This document shows, piece after piece, positions 10,088-18,972 of a stretch of DNA of 64,000 nucleotides (positions within the stretch are counted from its first letter, which is position 1; each line of letters opens with the position of its first letter). The stretch covers positions 638,309 to 702,308 of the forward strand of contig CAWKAO010000003.1 of assembly GCA_963847665.1 (NCBI GenBank), given 5' to 3'. A model generated the notes under the pieces. It saw only the letters and a program-made list of their open reading frames with translations, made no database searches and was not told the origin of the DNA. The DNA comes from an uncultured Actinomycetes bacterium. Its GTDB lineage: Bacteria > Actinomycetota > Humimicrobiia > Humimicrobiales > Humimicrobiaceae. The translations under genes were made by a program, and so were the position numbers.

Positions 10088-11254
10088 ATGCGAATAGAAA
10101 ACTTACCTAATAGCGAATATGATCTCAGGGTCAAAAAATTACAGAAAAAACTTGAGGAAAACGATTTTGATGCTCTTATATGCTATAGCAGTGAATGTGA
10201 GTCCGGCGCACTCAGGTATTTTACAGGATTCTGGCCTTTTTTTGACTTTGCCTCACTAATAATCCCAAGAGAGGGAAAAGCTGTGCTGGTAACTGGAGGT
10301 CCTGAGTCATTGGATTTTGCTGAAGAGTTTTCAAAGATCTCAGACATAAAAGTAAACCCTCTTCTCGTAGAGACATCAGCACCGGAATGGGTCAGGGATG
10401 TAACAGAAGAAAATTTTTCAGGAATATTATCAGATATCTTTAAGGGCACCCCTAAAAAGATCGGGATCTCAAATATGAATATATTCCCTCATATACTTTT
10501 TCTCGATCTACAAAAAGCTTTGCCTGGTGCGGAGTTTATACCTGCAGACAACCTGGTATGGGAAGTACAGGCGATTAAAAGTGAAGCAGAGATCCCTTTT
10601 ATAGTAGAATCCTACAAAATCACTGAAGAATCTTTTAAGGCAGCATTGAGCTCAGTAAAGGTAGGGATCAGGGAATGGGAGATTGAAGCAGTTGCCAGGA
10701 CAAAAATGATTTCGCTTGGAGCAGAAGGAATGCCCTACCCTTCCTGGGTATGCTCTGGCAAAAATACCAGATTAAGCCTCTGCAGATCTACTGACAAAAA
10801 AATTGAAAAAAATGAATTAGTCCAATGTTCTTTTGGTACAAAATATATGGGTTATTGTGGAAATATTGGAAGGGTATTTACTATAGGCGAACCCCCAAAA
10901 AGAATATCAAAACTTATGGATGCTGGTCTTGAAGGTCTGTTCTACGCCCTTGAAGCGATCAAACCAGGAGTAAGGGCAAAGGATGTCTTTAAAGGTTTTC
11001 ACAAGATATTATCTAAATATGACCTGGAAAAATTTGCCCTGTACGGTCCTGCACATGGCACAGGCCATTCAGAAGTGGAGGGGTTATGGCTTTCCCAAAA
11101 TGCTGATTTTATTATACAACCTGGAATGCTTTTTAATATCGATATCTGGCTGTCTGATGGTGAATACGGTTTAAGATATGAAGATGGGATACTGGTGACT
11201 CAAAAAGGGATAAAAGAACTGACATCTTTTAAAAGGGAAAAAATTATTCTTTAG
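10088..11254 (+). CDS. M24-fold (Xaa-Pro peptidase/creatinase family) protein
   Basis: 388 aa with a creatinase-like N-domain and pita-bread C-domain (GPAHGTGH, PGMLFNID, GLRYEDGILVT). Three of the five canonical metal ligands appear substituted (see findings). Confidence 0.7.
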   Translation: MRIENLPNSEYDLRVKKLQKKLEENDFDALICYSSECESGALRYFTGFWPFFDFASLIIPREGKAVLVTGGPESLDFAEEFSKISDIKVNPLLVETSAPEWVRDVTEENFSGILSDIFKGTPKKIGISNMNIFPHILFLDLQKALPGAEFIPADNLVWEVQAIKSEAEIPFIVESYKITEESFKAALSSVKVGIREWEIEAVARTKMISLGAEGMPYPSWVCSGKNTRLSLCRSTDKKIEKNELVQCSFGTKYMGYCGNIGRVFTIGEPPKRISKLMDAGLEGLFYALEAIKPGVRAKDVFKGFHKILSKYDLEKFALYGPAHGTGHSEVEGLWLSQNADFIIQPGMLFNIDIWLSDGEYGLRYEDGILVTQKGIKELTSFKREKIIL

Positions 11255-11277
11255 ATCACAAAGGGTGATTGCTTTAA

Positions 11278-12576
11278 ATGGCAGACATAAAAGATATTGA
11301 TAACTGGGTCAATAAAAATAAAGATGACATATTAACGACACTTTCTGATCTTATAAAAATAAAGACAGTTAATCGTCCGCCTGATGGTGGTGAAAAACCT
11401 GGACAGGAATATCTCTATAATAAGATTTCAAGATTTATTCCCGAGGATTCTATTGACTTATTTGATGTAATCGATGTTGAAGGGATCCATCAAAACAATC
11501 TTTTTGAACCTGTGATCGATGGTATAGAAAGAAACTATAGGGACAGGCCAAATCTGGTGGCCAAACTGAAGGGTAGTGGTGGAGGCAGATCTTTAGTATT
11601 TTCCGGCCACATGGATACAGTCGGTGTAAGAGAAGAAGAATGGGAAGTATTCAAGGACCCCTTTAGCGGAGATATTAAAGATGGAAAAATGTATGGCAGG
11701 GGTATTCTGGATATGAAAGCTGGACTAATATCAGGATTTTTTGCTTTAAAGTGTCTGAGTGATTTAAAAATCAAATTAAAGGGAGATGTTTTTGCGGAGA
11801 GTGTGGTTGACGAAGAGTTAGGCGGTATGAATGGGACTATTGCCTGCAGGATCAAATATCCTGATATTGATTTTGCAATACTGCCCGAACCCACTAATCT
11901 GACACTTGGTATCGAGAATAGGTGCGGAAGTGTTTGGAAGGCATCAGTAGTTGAAAAAGGCCCAGGGGGATACTCGCAAAATATAAATCCGATCAACAAG
12001 TTAGGTGAATTTGTAGAGTTACTGGAAGACTATGACTCCTACCGAAATAAAAAAATGGTTTTTCCTGATAATTTCAATGGAGAGAAACTTCATAAGTTGC
12101 TTATATTTTTAATATATTCCGGGGGTACAAATTACATAGAAAATGCATCATATGTACCAATGGATGGACATCTTTATTTCTATATCCCCACACGTCCATA
12201 TACTGAAGAAGGAGAATTGTGGGGGGAATTTTTAAGTTTTATGGATAAGAGATCAAAAACCACCAGATACTTAAAGGATGGATTACCAGAATTTAAAAGG
12301 ATTTTAAGATATTTTAATGGAAATATAACTGATGTTACTCATCCGGTTTTCAATAATTTAAAGCAAGCATATAACCTAAATAATTTAGAATATGAAGAAA
12401 AGGCATGCTCATTCTTTTGTGATGCAGAGGCATTCAAACTGGTTGGCGGAACCGAAGTAGTACTTATCGGCCCGAAAGGCGACAGACTTCATGGAATGGA
12501 CGAATATGTTGAAGTAGAGAGTATCTTTAGCCTGATCAAGATACTGGCCCATACAGCAATTGATTTCTGTAGTTAG
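11278..12576 (+). CDS. M20 family metallopeptidase (ArgE/DapE/acylase-like)
   Basis: SGHMDTV, GRGILDMKAG and VVDEELGG match the M20 zinc-ligand and catalytic motifs. Confidence 0.75.
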   Translation: MADIKDIDNWVNKNKDDILTTLSDLIKIKTVNRPPDGGEKPGQEYLYNKISRFIPEDSIDLFDVIDVEGIHQNNLFEPVIDGIERNYRDRPNLVAKLKGSGGGRSLVFSGHMDTVGVREEEWEVFKDPFSGDIKDGKMYGRGILDMKAGLISGFFALKCLSDLKIKLKGDVFAESVVDEELGGMNGTIACRIKYPDIDFAILPEPTNLTLGIENRCGSVWKASVVEKGPGGYSQNINPINKLGEFVELLEDYDSYRNKKMVFPDNFNGEKLHKLLIFLIYSGGTNYIENASYVPMDGHLYFYIPTRPYTEEGELWGEFLSFMDKRSKTTRYLKDGLPEFKRILRYFNGNITDVTHPVFNNLKQAYNLNNLEYEEKACSFFCDAEAFKLVGGTEVVLIGPKGDRLHGMDEYVEVESIFSLIKILAHTAIDFCS

Positions 12577-12604
12577 TGCCAGAATATAAAAATAAGGAGT
12601 AAAA

Positions 12605-13907
12605 ATGTTTAGAGATGAAAAACTTTATGAAGAAATAAGTAAAGCCGTTTTTTCTATCCCAATATTTGATACACATGAACATATTTTGGATGAGAAAGAC
12701 AGGCAGGGATCTAATCTTGATTTTTCCTTGTTCTTTATGCAGTATGCCGGCACTGATCTTTTGACCTCTGGATTGTCAGAAGAGGAATTTGCCGACTTTC
12801 AGGACCCAAAAACAGATTTAGAAAAGAAATGGGATTATTTTGCAAAACACTGGCTCAATATTAAAAATACTTCTTACTGTAAGTTGGTCCTTGAGGCAAT
12901 AAAAGATTTATATGGTTTTGAGGGTATAAACGAGAAAAACTATAAAGAACTTTCTGAAAAAGTCCGAAACACAAAAGATGTCAAGTGGTATGACCGGGTA
13001 ATAAAAGAAAAAAGCAATATAAAGATGATACTAAATCACTTAGAAAATATACCACAGGCAAATACTACAGTTTTGGATAGGGAAGATTTCAGACCGGTAA
13101 TAAACCTGGATGAGATTATTTGCACGTGCTGCAGGGAGGACATTTTAGCATGGGAAAAAAGATTTAATATTAATATATATAAGCTACAGGACCTGCTTAA
13201 AGCTATCGATCTTATTTTTGAAAAAAAAGATGAAAGTGGTTATAAGGCAGTAAAAACCACTATAGCTTATATGAGATCCCTAAAATTTGAAGAAACAACT
13301 TTTGAAGAAGCTGATAAAGTATTTTCTGGCCTTTTTAAACTTAACAGTTTTGGCTTCCTGGAAAAAAAAGACTTTCTCTCTAAAACTGAATTAAAACCTT
13401 TCCAGGATTTCATGGTCCATTATATAATCCAAAAAGCTGTAGAGTATGATCTACCGGTGCAGATACATACCGGTATATTTGAACTTCTCTATAATGATGT
13501 ATCCAATTCTAATCCTGCCTATCTTATAAATCTGTTTTTTAAATACAAGAAATGCAAATTTGATATTTTTCACGCAGGCTTATCCATATTCTGACCAACT
13601 CATATCCATTTGTAAGCAATTCCCCAATGTGTATTTTAATATGTGCTGGATCGTTAATATCTCTGCTTCTCTATACAAAGATATCCTCAACAGGCTTATC
13701 GAGATCATTCCTTCCAATAAGATATTTGGTTATGGGGGAGATTATATGTTTGTAGAAGGCTTATACGGAAGTCAGAAAATGGTCAGGAAATCCATCACAG
13801 AGCTGCTTTATAAAAAAATCGAACAGAAATATTTTACTTTCGAAGAAGCTTTGGATCTTGCTGAGAAGATCCTTTATTTGAATCCTAAAAATGTTTATCG
13901 ATTATAG
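12605..13907 (+). pseudogene. amidohydrolase-family (metal-dependent TIM-barrel hydrolase) gene interrupted by one frameshift
   Basis: ORFs 12605..13594 and 13560..13907 overlap and are two halves of one protein. FDTHEHIL lies at the N-terminus. FHAG in frame 1 continues as YPYSDQL in the +1 frame at about 13577-13582 (GGC T TAT). Confidence 0.6.
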
Positions 13908-14035
13908 AAATAATTTTAAGATTTAATATACATCCTGAAATGTAAGAGTTCGCTAGTAAAACAAATTTTTCTAGAATTCAATCATTCTATTCTGGTTAGA
14001 ATAACTGCAATGCTGATTGTTGGGAGGCAAGAACT

Positions 14036-15215
14036 ATGCAAGAGACAATAGTCTTTAGAGGAGGGACTCTAATTACACCTGCAGAAAAGGTTCTTTGTGA
14101 TTTAGTGATCACAGAACGGTATTATAACGGAAATCCGCAAGCCGGGAGAATTCAAGGATGATGAAAGATCAGTAGAATGTAGAGAATTGTTTATTGGACC
14201 AGGTTTAGTCGATATACATGTCCATGGTGGAGCAGGCAATGATTTTGTCACTACAGATGTTGAAGAGATCATTAAGGGTGCCGAATATCATCTTTCACAA
14301 GGTACGACTAGCCTGACACCTTCGTCAATCAGCATCCCTTTTGCTGAGTTGGATAAAACAATTGATGCAGCAAGACAGGCATCTAAAAGTTGTACAAATA
14401 TACTTGGTTATCATGTCGAAGGAGGGTATATAAACCAGGAATATCGGGGTGGACATTTAAGTGATTATGTTCATGACCCTGATCCAGCTGAATATGAGCC
14501 GATAATAGAAAAATATGGTGATTTTATTACTGAGTGGACTCTTGCGCCAGAATTATCGGGAGCAATTAAACTTATACTAGCCTGCAAACAAGCAAAAATC
14601 GTATCCTCAGCTGGCCATACAAATGCAACTTATGAACAGATGATGGAAGCAATGGGAGCAGGGCTTTCACACAGTACACATTTTGCATGTGCCATGGGCA
14701 CATTAAGGTTTGAAGCTCTAAAAGAAAGCACCGGTAAAGGTTTTGCACCTGGTGTAATGGAGACAATATTACTCGAAGAAGGAATAACGACAGAGGTTAT
14801 TGCGGATGGATTCCATCTTCATAAGGGGATAATAGCACTTGTTTTGAAATGTAAAGGAGCTAATAAAGTCTCTCTTATTTCTGATGCAATGAAAGGAGTG
14901 GGTTTGCCTGATGGAGAATATGTGATAGGCGGACAGGATTGTATAGTTAAAAAAGGGATTGCACTGATTAAAGACAGGCCTGGTATCATAGCAAGTTCTG
15001 TAACTCCTTTGATCGATATGCTTAGAAACGCACATCATCATTTTGGGCTTTCACTTACTGATGCCTGGACAATGGCTTCACTAACTCCAGCAAGGATAAT
15101 TGGTTTTGATGACCATAAGGGAAGTCTATCTGCTGGTAAAGACGCAGATATCTTAATATTGGATAAGAATTTAAATATTAAAGATATTTATATAAGGGGA
15201 AAAAAAGTCAATTAG
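14036..15215 (+). pseudogene. nagA: N-acetylglucosamine-6-phosphate deacetylase with an N-terminal frameshift (alternatively a TTG-started truncated CDS 14187..15215)
   Basis: GGGAGG SD plus ATG at 14036 gives MQETIVFRGGTLITPAEKVLCDLVI. This continues in the +1 frame as NGIITEIRKPGEF...GPGLVDIHVHGG (NagA HxH motif). The body 14187..15215 is NagA-like throughout. Confidence 0.6.
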
Positions 15216-15231
15216 ATTATTATCATCAAGA

Positions 15232-15906
15232 TTACTCTCCAATAATAACGCGGCAGGGCAATCCAGTAGTATTTAAAATTTTTAATGGGCAGACAAATAA
15301 CTTAACTTTAAACTTACTGATATTTTCAACATTTGTTAATGGGGCCACAATATATATATTATTTTTAAAGATCATCGGCCACAACCCCTGTTCATTGTTT
15401 ACATTATCTATAGAAGGAGTATCCATAGCCAGAATAAATGGCTTTTTACTTAAAATATATTCTAATGCATCCTTTTTGAGAAACCAGCAATGTGTTAAAA
15501 AATCAGGTTTTTCCCAGTGTTTACCCCATCCAGTAGCAAAAATGATATTTGCCTCTTCTGGAATAATTTCTTTTTCTGCTCTTTTTACATCTTCTAATGA
15601 TATATAAGGTCGATTACCCTCTTTAGAAAGATTTTCAAGTTCAAATTTTAAAACATATGCATCAACTCCAAATAATTTTTCTAATGGTACTTCATGGATT
15701 GGTCCAGCTTTTTTTAAACCTAAACAATGTGCTGGACCGTCAATATAGGTACCGGTAACCATAGAAAATCCATCAAATGCCTGAGAATAAGCCTCAAATT
15801 CTAACCAGTCTGGGTGTTCAAGCTCTCTTATCTTGAAGTCCGGGAAAGGTTGGCCGTAGGACCACATTCCTTCATATATAGGACCTGATGCATCTATAAA
15901 TTTCAT
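15232..15906 (-). CDS. putative cyclase/arylformamidase-family protein (ligand motif degenerate)
   Basis: 224 aa. VTGTYIDGPAH aligns to the family motif HxGTHxDxPxH, with the first two His replaced. Confidence 0.45.
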   Translation of the reverse strand: MKFIDASGPIYEGMWSYGQPFPDFKIRELEHPDWLEFEAYSQAFDGFSMVTGTYIDGPAHCLGLKKAGPIHEVPLEKLFGVDAYVLKFELENLSKEGNRPYISLEDVKRAEKEIIPEEANIIFATGWGKHWEKPDFLTHCWFLKKDALEYILSKKPFILAMDTPSIDNVNNEQGLWPMIFKNNIYIVAPLTNVENISKFKVKLFVCPLKILNTTGLPCRVIIGE

Positions 15907-15926
15907 TTTGTTTTGACTCCTTTCAA

Positions 15927-17132
15927 TTAAAGATTTACTTCAAAATAATCAGAGATCCTGCCATTCTTGGCAAGGATTGCATGCACTTTTTCAAGCTCAT
16001 CAGGGATCGCTATCTCCTGGGGACATTTTTCAATGCATTTATTGCATTTCGTACACATCGATGCATTTCCATTTGGATCTTTTTTATTAAGGCGATCTTT
16101 AGAACCAGCCAGATGCCTGTATCCTCTTTTTGTCAACCATCCCCTGAATTTGCTGCTGTCCAAATAAACGTCGTTTAAAATAGCAAAATTCTCCGGAATG
16201 TTTACCCCAGACGGACAGGGCATACAGTACTCGCATGCAGTACAGGGAACCAGTATCTTTTCCTGGTAGACCTTAGCCAGTTTTACAATAGTCTCTTCGT
16301 CCTCCCCACTAAGAGTATTTATGCCCGACCGGTCAGCAATATCACAATTCTGGTCGACCATCTGCTGTGAACCCATGCCACTTAGCACTGCTGCGACCTC
16401 GGGGCGGTTCCAGAGAAACTGTAATGCCCATTCGACAGGTGACCTTTTATTTTTTGCTTTTTTCATCACTTCAAGTGCTTCAGCAGGCGGGTTTACCAGC
16501 CGGCCTCCCTTTAGCGGCTCCATGATCACCACTGCAATGCCTTTTGAATGTGCATAGACAAGGCCATCTGTCTTAGCCTGGAAATTAGTATCCATATAAT
16601 TATACTGGATCTGGGCAATGTCCCAATTGTAATAATCGATGATCTCCTTAAATACTGGTAATGTATCATGAAACGAAAAGCCTATATGCCTGATAAGGCC
16701 TTTTTCTTTTGCCTTTTCCATTTTGCTGATCAGGTCCAGGTCTTTGATCTTATTAAAAGAACCCTTATTCAGTCCATGGAAAAAATATCCATCTAAATAA
16801 TCTGTCTGCAGTCTTTTAAGCTGCTGATTGAGAAAGCGGTCAAAATCTTCTGTCTTTCTTACTATCTGGATCGGTAATTTGGTCACAAGGTGTACCCTGT
16901 CACGATAACTGCCCTTTAGGACCTGGCCAAGGATTTTTTCACTGTCTCCAAGATGATAGAACCATGCAGTATCAATATAATTGATCCCGCGGTCTATACC
17001 ATGCCTGATGATCTTTATTGATGATTCTGTATCGGCTCTCAAACGGTTAAGCTTGCGGGATGGCAGTCTCATGCAACCGAACCCAAGCGCAGACACTTCC
17101 CAGTCAAGTGAACCCATTTTCCTGTATTTCAT
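15927..17132 (-). CDS. aldo/keto reductase with C-terminal 4Fe-4S cluster-binding domain
   Basis: N-terminus MKYRKMGSLDWEVSALGFGCMRLP is typical AKR. The C-terminus carries Cys clusters CTACEYCMPCP and CTKCNKCIEKCP. Confidence 0.8.
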   Translation of the reverse strand: MKYRKMGSLDWEVSALGFGCMRLPSRKLNRLRADTESSIKIIRHGIDRGINYIDTAWFYHLGDSEKILGQVLKGSYRDRVHLVTKLPIQIVRKTEDFDRFLNQQLKRLQTDYLDGYFFHGLNKGSFNKIKDLDLISKMEKAKEKGLIRHIGFSFHDTLPVFKEIIDYYNWDIAQIQYNYMDTNFQAKTDGLVYAHSKGIAVVIMEPLKGGRLVNPPAEALEVMKKAKNKRSPVEWALQFLWNRPEVAAVLSGMGSQQMVDQNCDIADRSGINTLSGEDEETIVKLAKVYQEKILVPCTACEYCMPCPSGVNIPENFAILNDVYLDSSKFRGWLTKRGYRHLAGSKDRLNKKDPNGNASMCTKCNKCIEKCPQEIAIPDELEKVHAILAKNGRISDYFEVNL

Positions 17133-17175
17133 ATTGTTTTACCTCTTTTTATTAAACTTATTTTTCATACTTTCT

Positions 17176-18969
17176 TCATTCTGTCTGCAATTGATACTGG
17201 AATTTATATAACTTATAGTATACCCCTTTCAGGGCTAAAAGTTCCTTATGTGTACCACGCTCAACTATCTGCCCATGGGAGAGTACGATTATATTATCTG
17301 CATTTTTTATAGTGGAGAGCCTGTGGGCGATGACGATCGTTGTACGGTTTTTCATTATTCTGGACAGTGCATCCTGTATCAGTGCCTCTATCTCAGAGTC
17401 TATGCTCGAAGTAGCTTCATCAAGTACAAGAAGTATTTCCGGGTTGAAGACAAGTGCCCTTGCAAACGCGATCAGCTGCCTCTGTCCTACTGACAATATC
17501 TGGCCGCGCTCCCTTACATCGGTATCGTACCCATCCGGCAGCTTTTCTATAAATTTATGGGCATTGACATATTCTGCAGCTTCTCTGACTTTTTCAAGGG
17601 AAATATCTTTATTTCCGAGCCTTATATTGTCCAGGATCGTACCTGAAAACAAGAACACATCCTGCATTACTATCCCGATGTGCCTTCTCAGGTCAGCCAG
17701 GTCAAATTTCTTTATATCAATATCATCAAGACAGATACAGCCTTTCTGTATGTCATAAAACCTGTTTAGTATATTTATTATTGAAGTCTTGCCTGAACCG
17801 GTAGCGCCGACTATTGCAATGCTGTTTCCACCTTTAAGTTCAAAGCTTATATCCTTTAAAATGTAGTTGTCCTCTTCATAAGCAAACCAGACATTATCAA
17901 ACCTGATATCTCCGTTTACATCTTTTATCTTAACTGGAGTATCAGGAGAGACTATAGTGGATCTTTCAGCAAGCAGGGAGAAAATGCGTTCTGATGCTGC
18001 AATAGCTTCCTGAAGGATCCCGAATTTTTCGCTGAGGTCGCTCAACGGGTGAAAGAATTTTTCTATGTACTGGACAAATGCGACAAGGGTCCCGAGTGTT
18101 ACAATACTCTTTATCACCTGGCCTCCTCCATACCAGATAATAAGTGCCACTGCTATTGTGCTTATAAAGGATACCGCAGGGAAAAACACAGAATAATAAA
18201 AAATAGTTTTAAGATACTGGTGGGTATAGTCTGCATTAAGTTCATCAAACTCTTTTTCATTCTGCTTTTCTCTTGTAAATATCTTAATAGTATTTATTCC
18301 TGTTATTGCTTCGTGCACATAAGAATTCATGTTTGATATCTTTGCCCTGATTATCTTAAATGATATCCTGACCTTTTTCCTGAAGATAAAAGTCGCTATT
18401 GCAAGAAGGATTAAAACCGAAAATGTCACGAGGGAAAGTTTCCAGTCAAGCGATAGCATTACTACCATTACTCCGACTATCATGAAGATATCTCCAAAGA
18501 AAGTCACAATTCCGCTTGAAAGCATCTCATTTAAAGCCTGGACATCGGTGGTTACCCGTGTCAGGGTCCGGCCGACAGGATTTTTATCAAAAAATGACAT
18601 CTGCATCTTCTGGATGTGCCTGAAGATGTCCATCCGCATATCATACATTATTTTCTGTCCAAGAAACTCTGTAAGATACTGCTGTATGTACCTTAGGATA
18701 AACTCTCCTATAAGGATTGCCCCGAAAAGGATGACGATATATATAAACCCCTCAAGCTGTCGGGGTGTCAGATAGCTGTCGATTGCTACTTTTATAAGAT
18801 ATGGGCCCGCTATCTCGAGTGCAGCTATTAGCAGAAGCAGGAAAATCGTAATTGCAAGCATAAATTTATATGGGCCTACATAACGGAGTAGGCTCAAAAC
18901 CGTTCTCCTGTCAAGCTGCTTTTCTTCTATATCTTTTTCGAAAAAGCTACCCCTATTTGGTTTTTCCAT
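17176..18969 (-). CDS. ABC exporter permease/ATPase, heterodimer subunit with non-canonical signature
   Basis: Six-helix TMD plus NBD. Walker A GATGSGKTS, Walker B LLVLDEATS, signature LSVGQRQ (degenerate). Confidence 0.9.
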   Translation of the reverse strand: MEKPNRGSFFEKDIEEKQLDRRTVLSLLRYVGPYKFMLAITIFLLLLIAALEIAGPYLIKVAIDSYLTPRQLEGFIYIVILFGAILIGEFILRYIQQYLTEFLGQKIMYDMRMDIFRHIQKMQMSFFDKNPVGRTLTRVTTDVQALNEMLSSGIVTFFGDIFMIVGVMVVMLSLDWKLSLVTFSVLILLAIATFIFRKKVRISFKIIRAKISNMNSYVHEAITGINTIKIFTREKQNEKEFDELNADYTHQYLKTIFYYSVFFPAVSFISTIAVALIIWYGGGQVIKSIVTLGTLVAFVQYIEKFFHPLSDLSEKFGILQEAIAASERIFSLLAERSTIVSPDTPVKIKDVNGDIRFDNVWFAYEEDNYILKDISFELKGGNSIAIVGATGSGKTSIINILNRFYDIQKGCICLDDIDIKKFDLADLRRHIGIVMQDVFLFSGTILDNIRLGNKDISLEKVREAAEYVNAHKFIEKLPDGYDTDVRERGQILSVGQRQLIAFARALVFNPEILLVLDEATSSIDSEIEALIQDALSRIMKNRTTIVIAHRLSTIKNADNIIVLSHGQIVERGTHKELLALKGVYYKLYKFQYQLQTE

Positions 18970-18972
18970 CGA

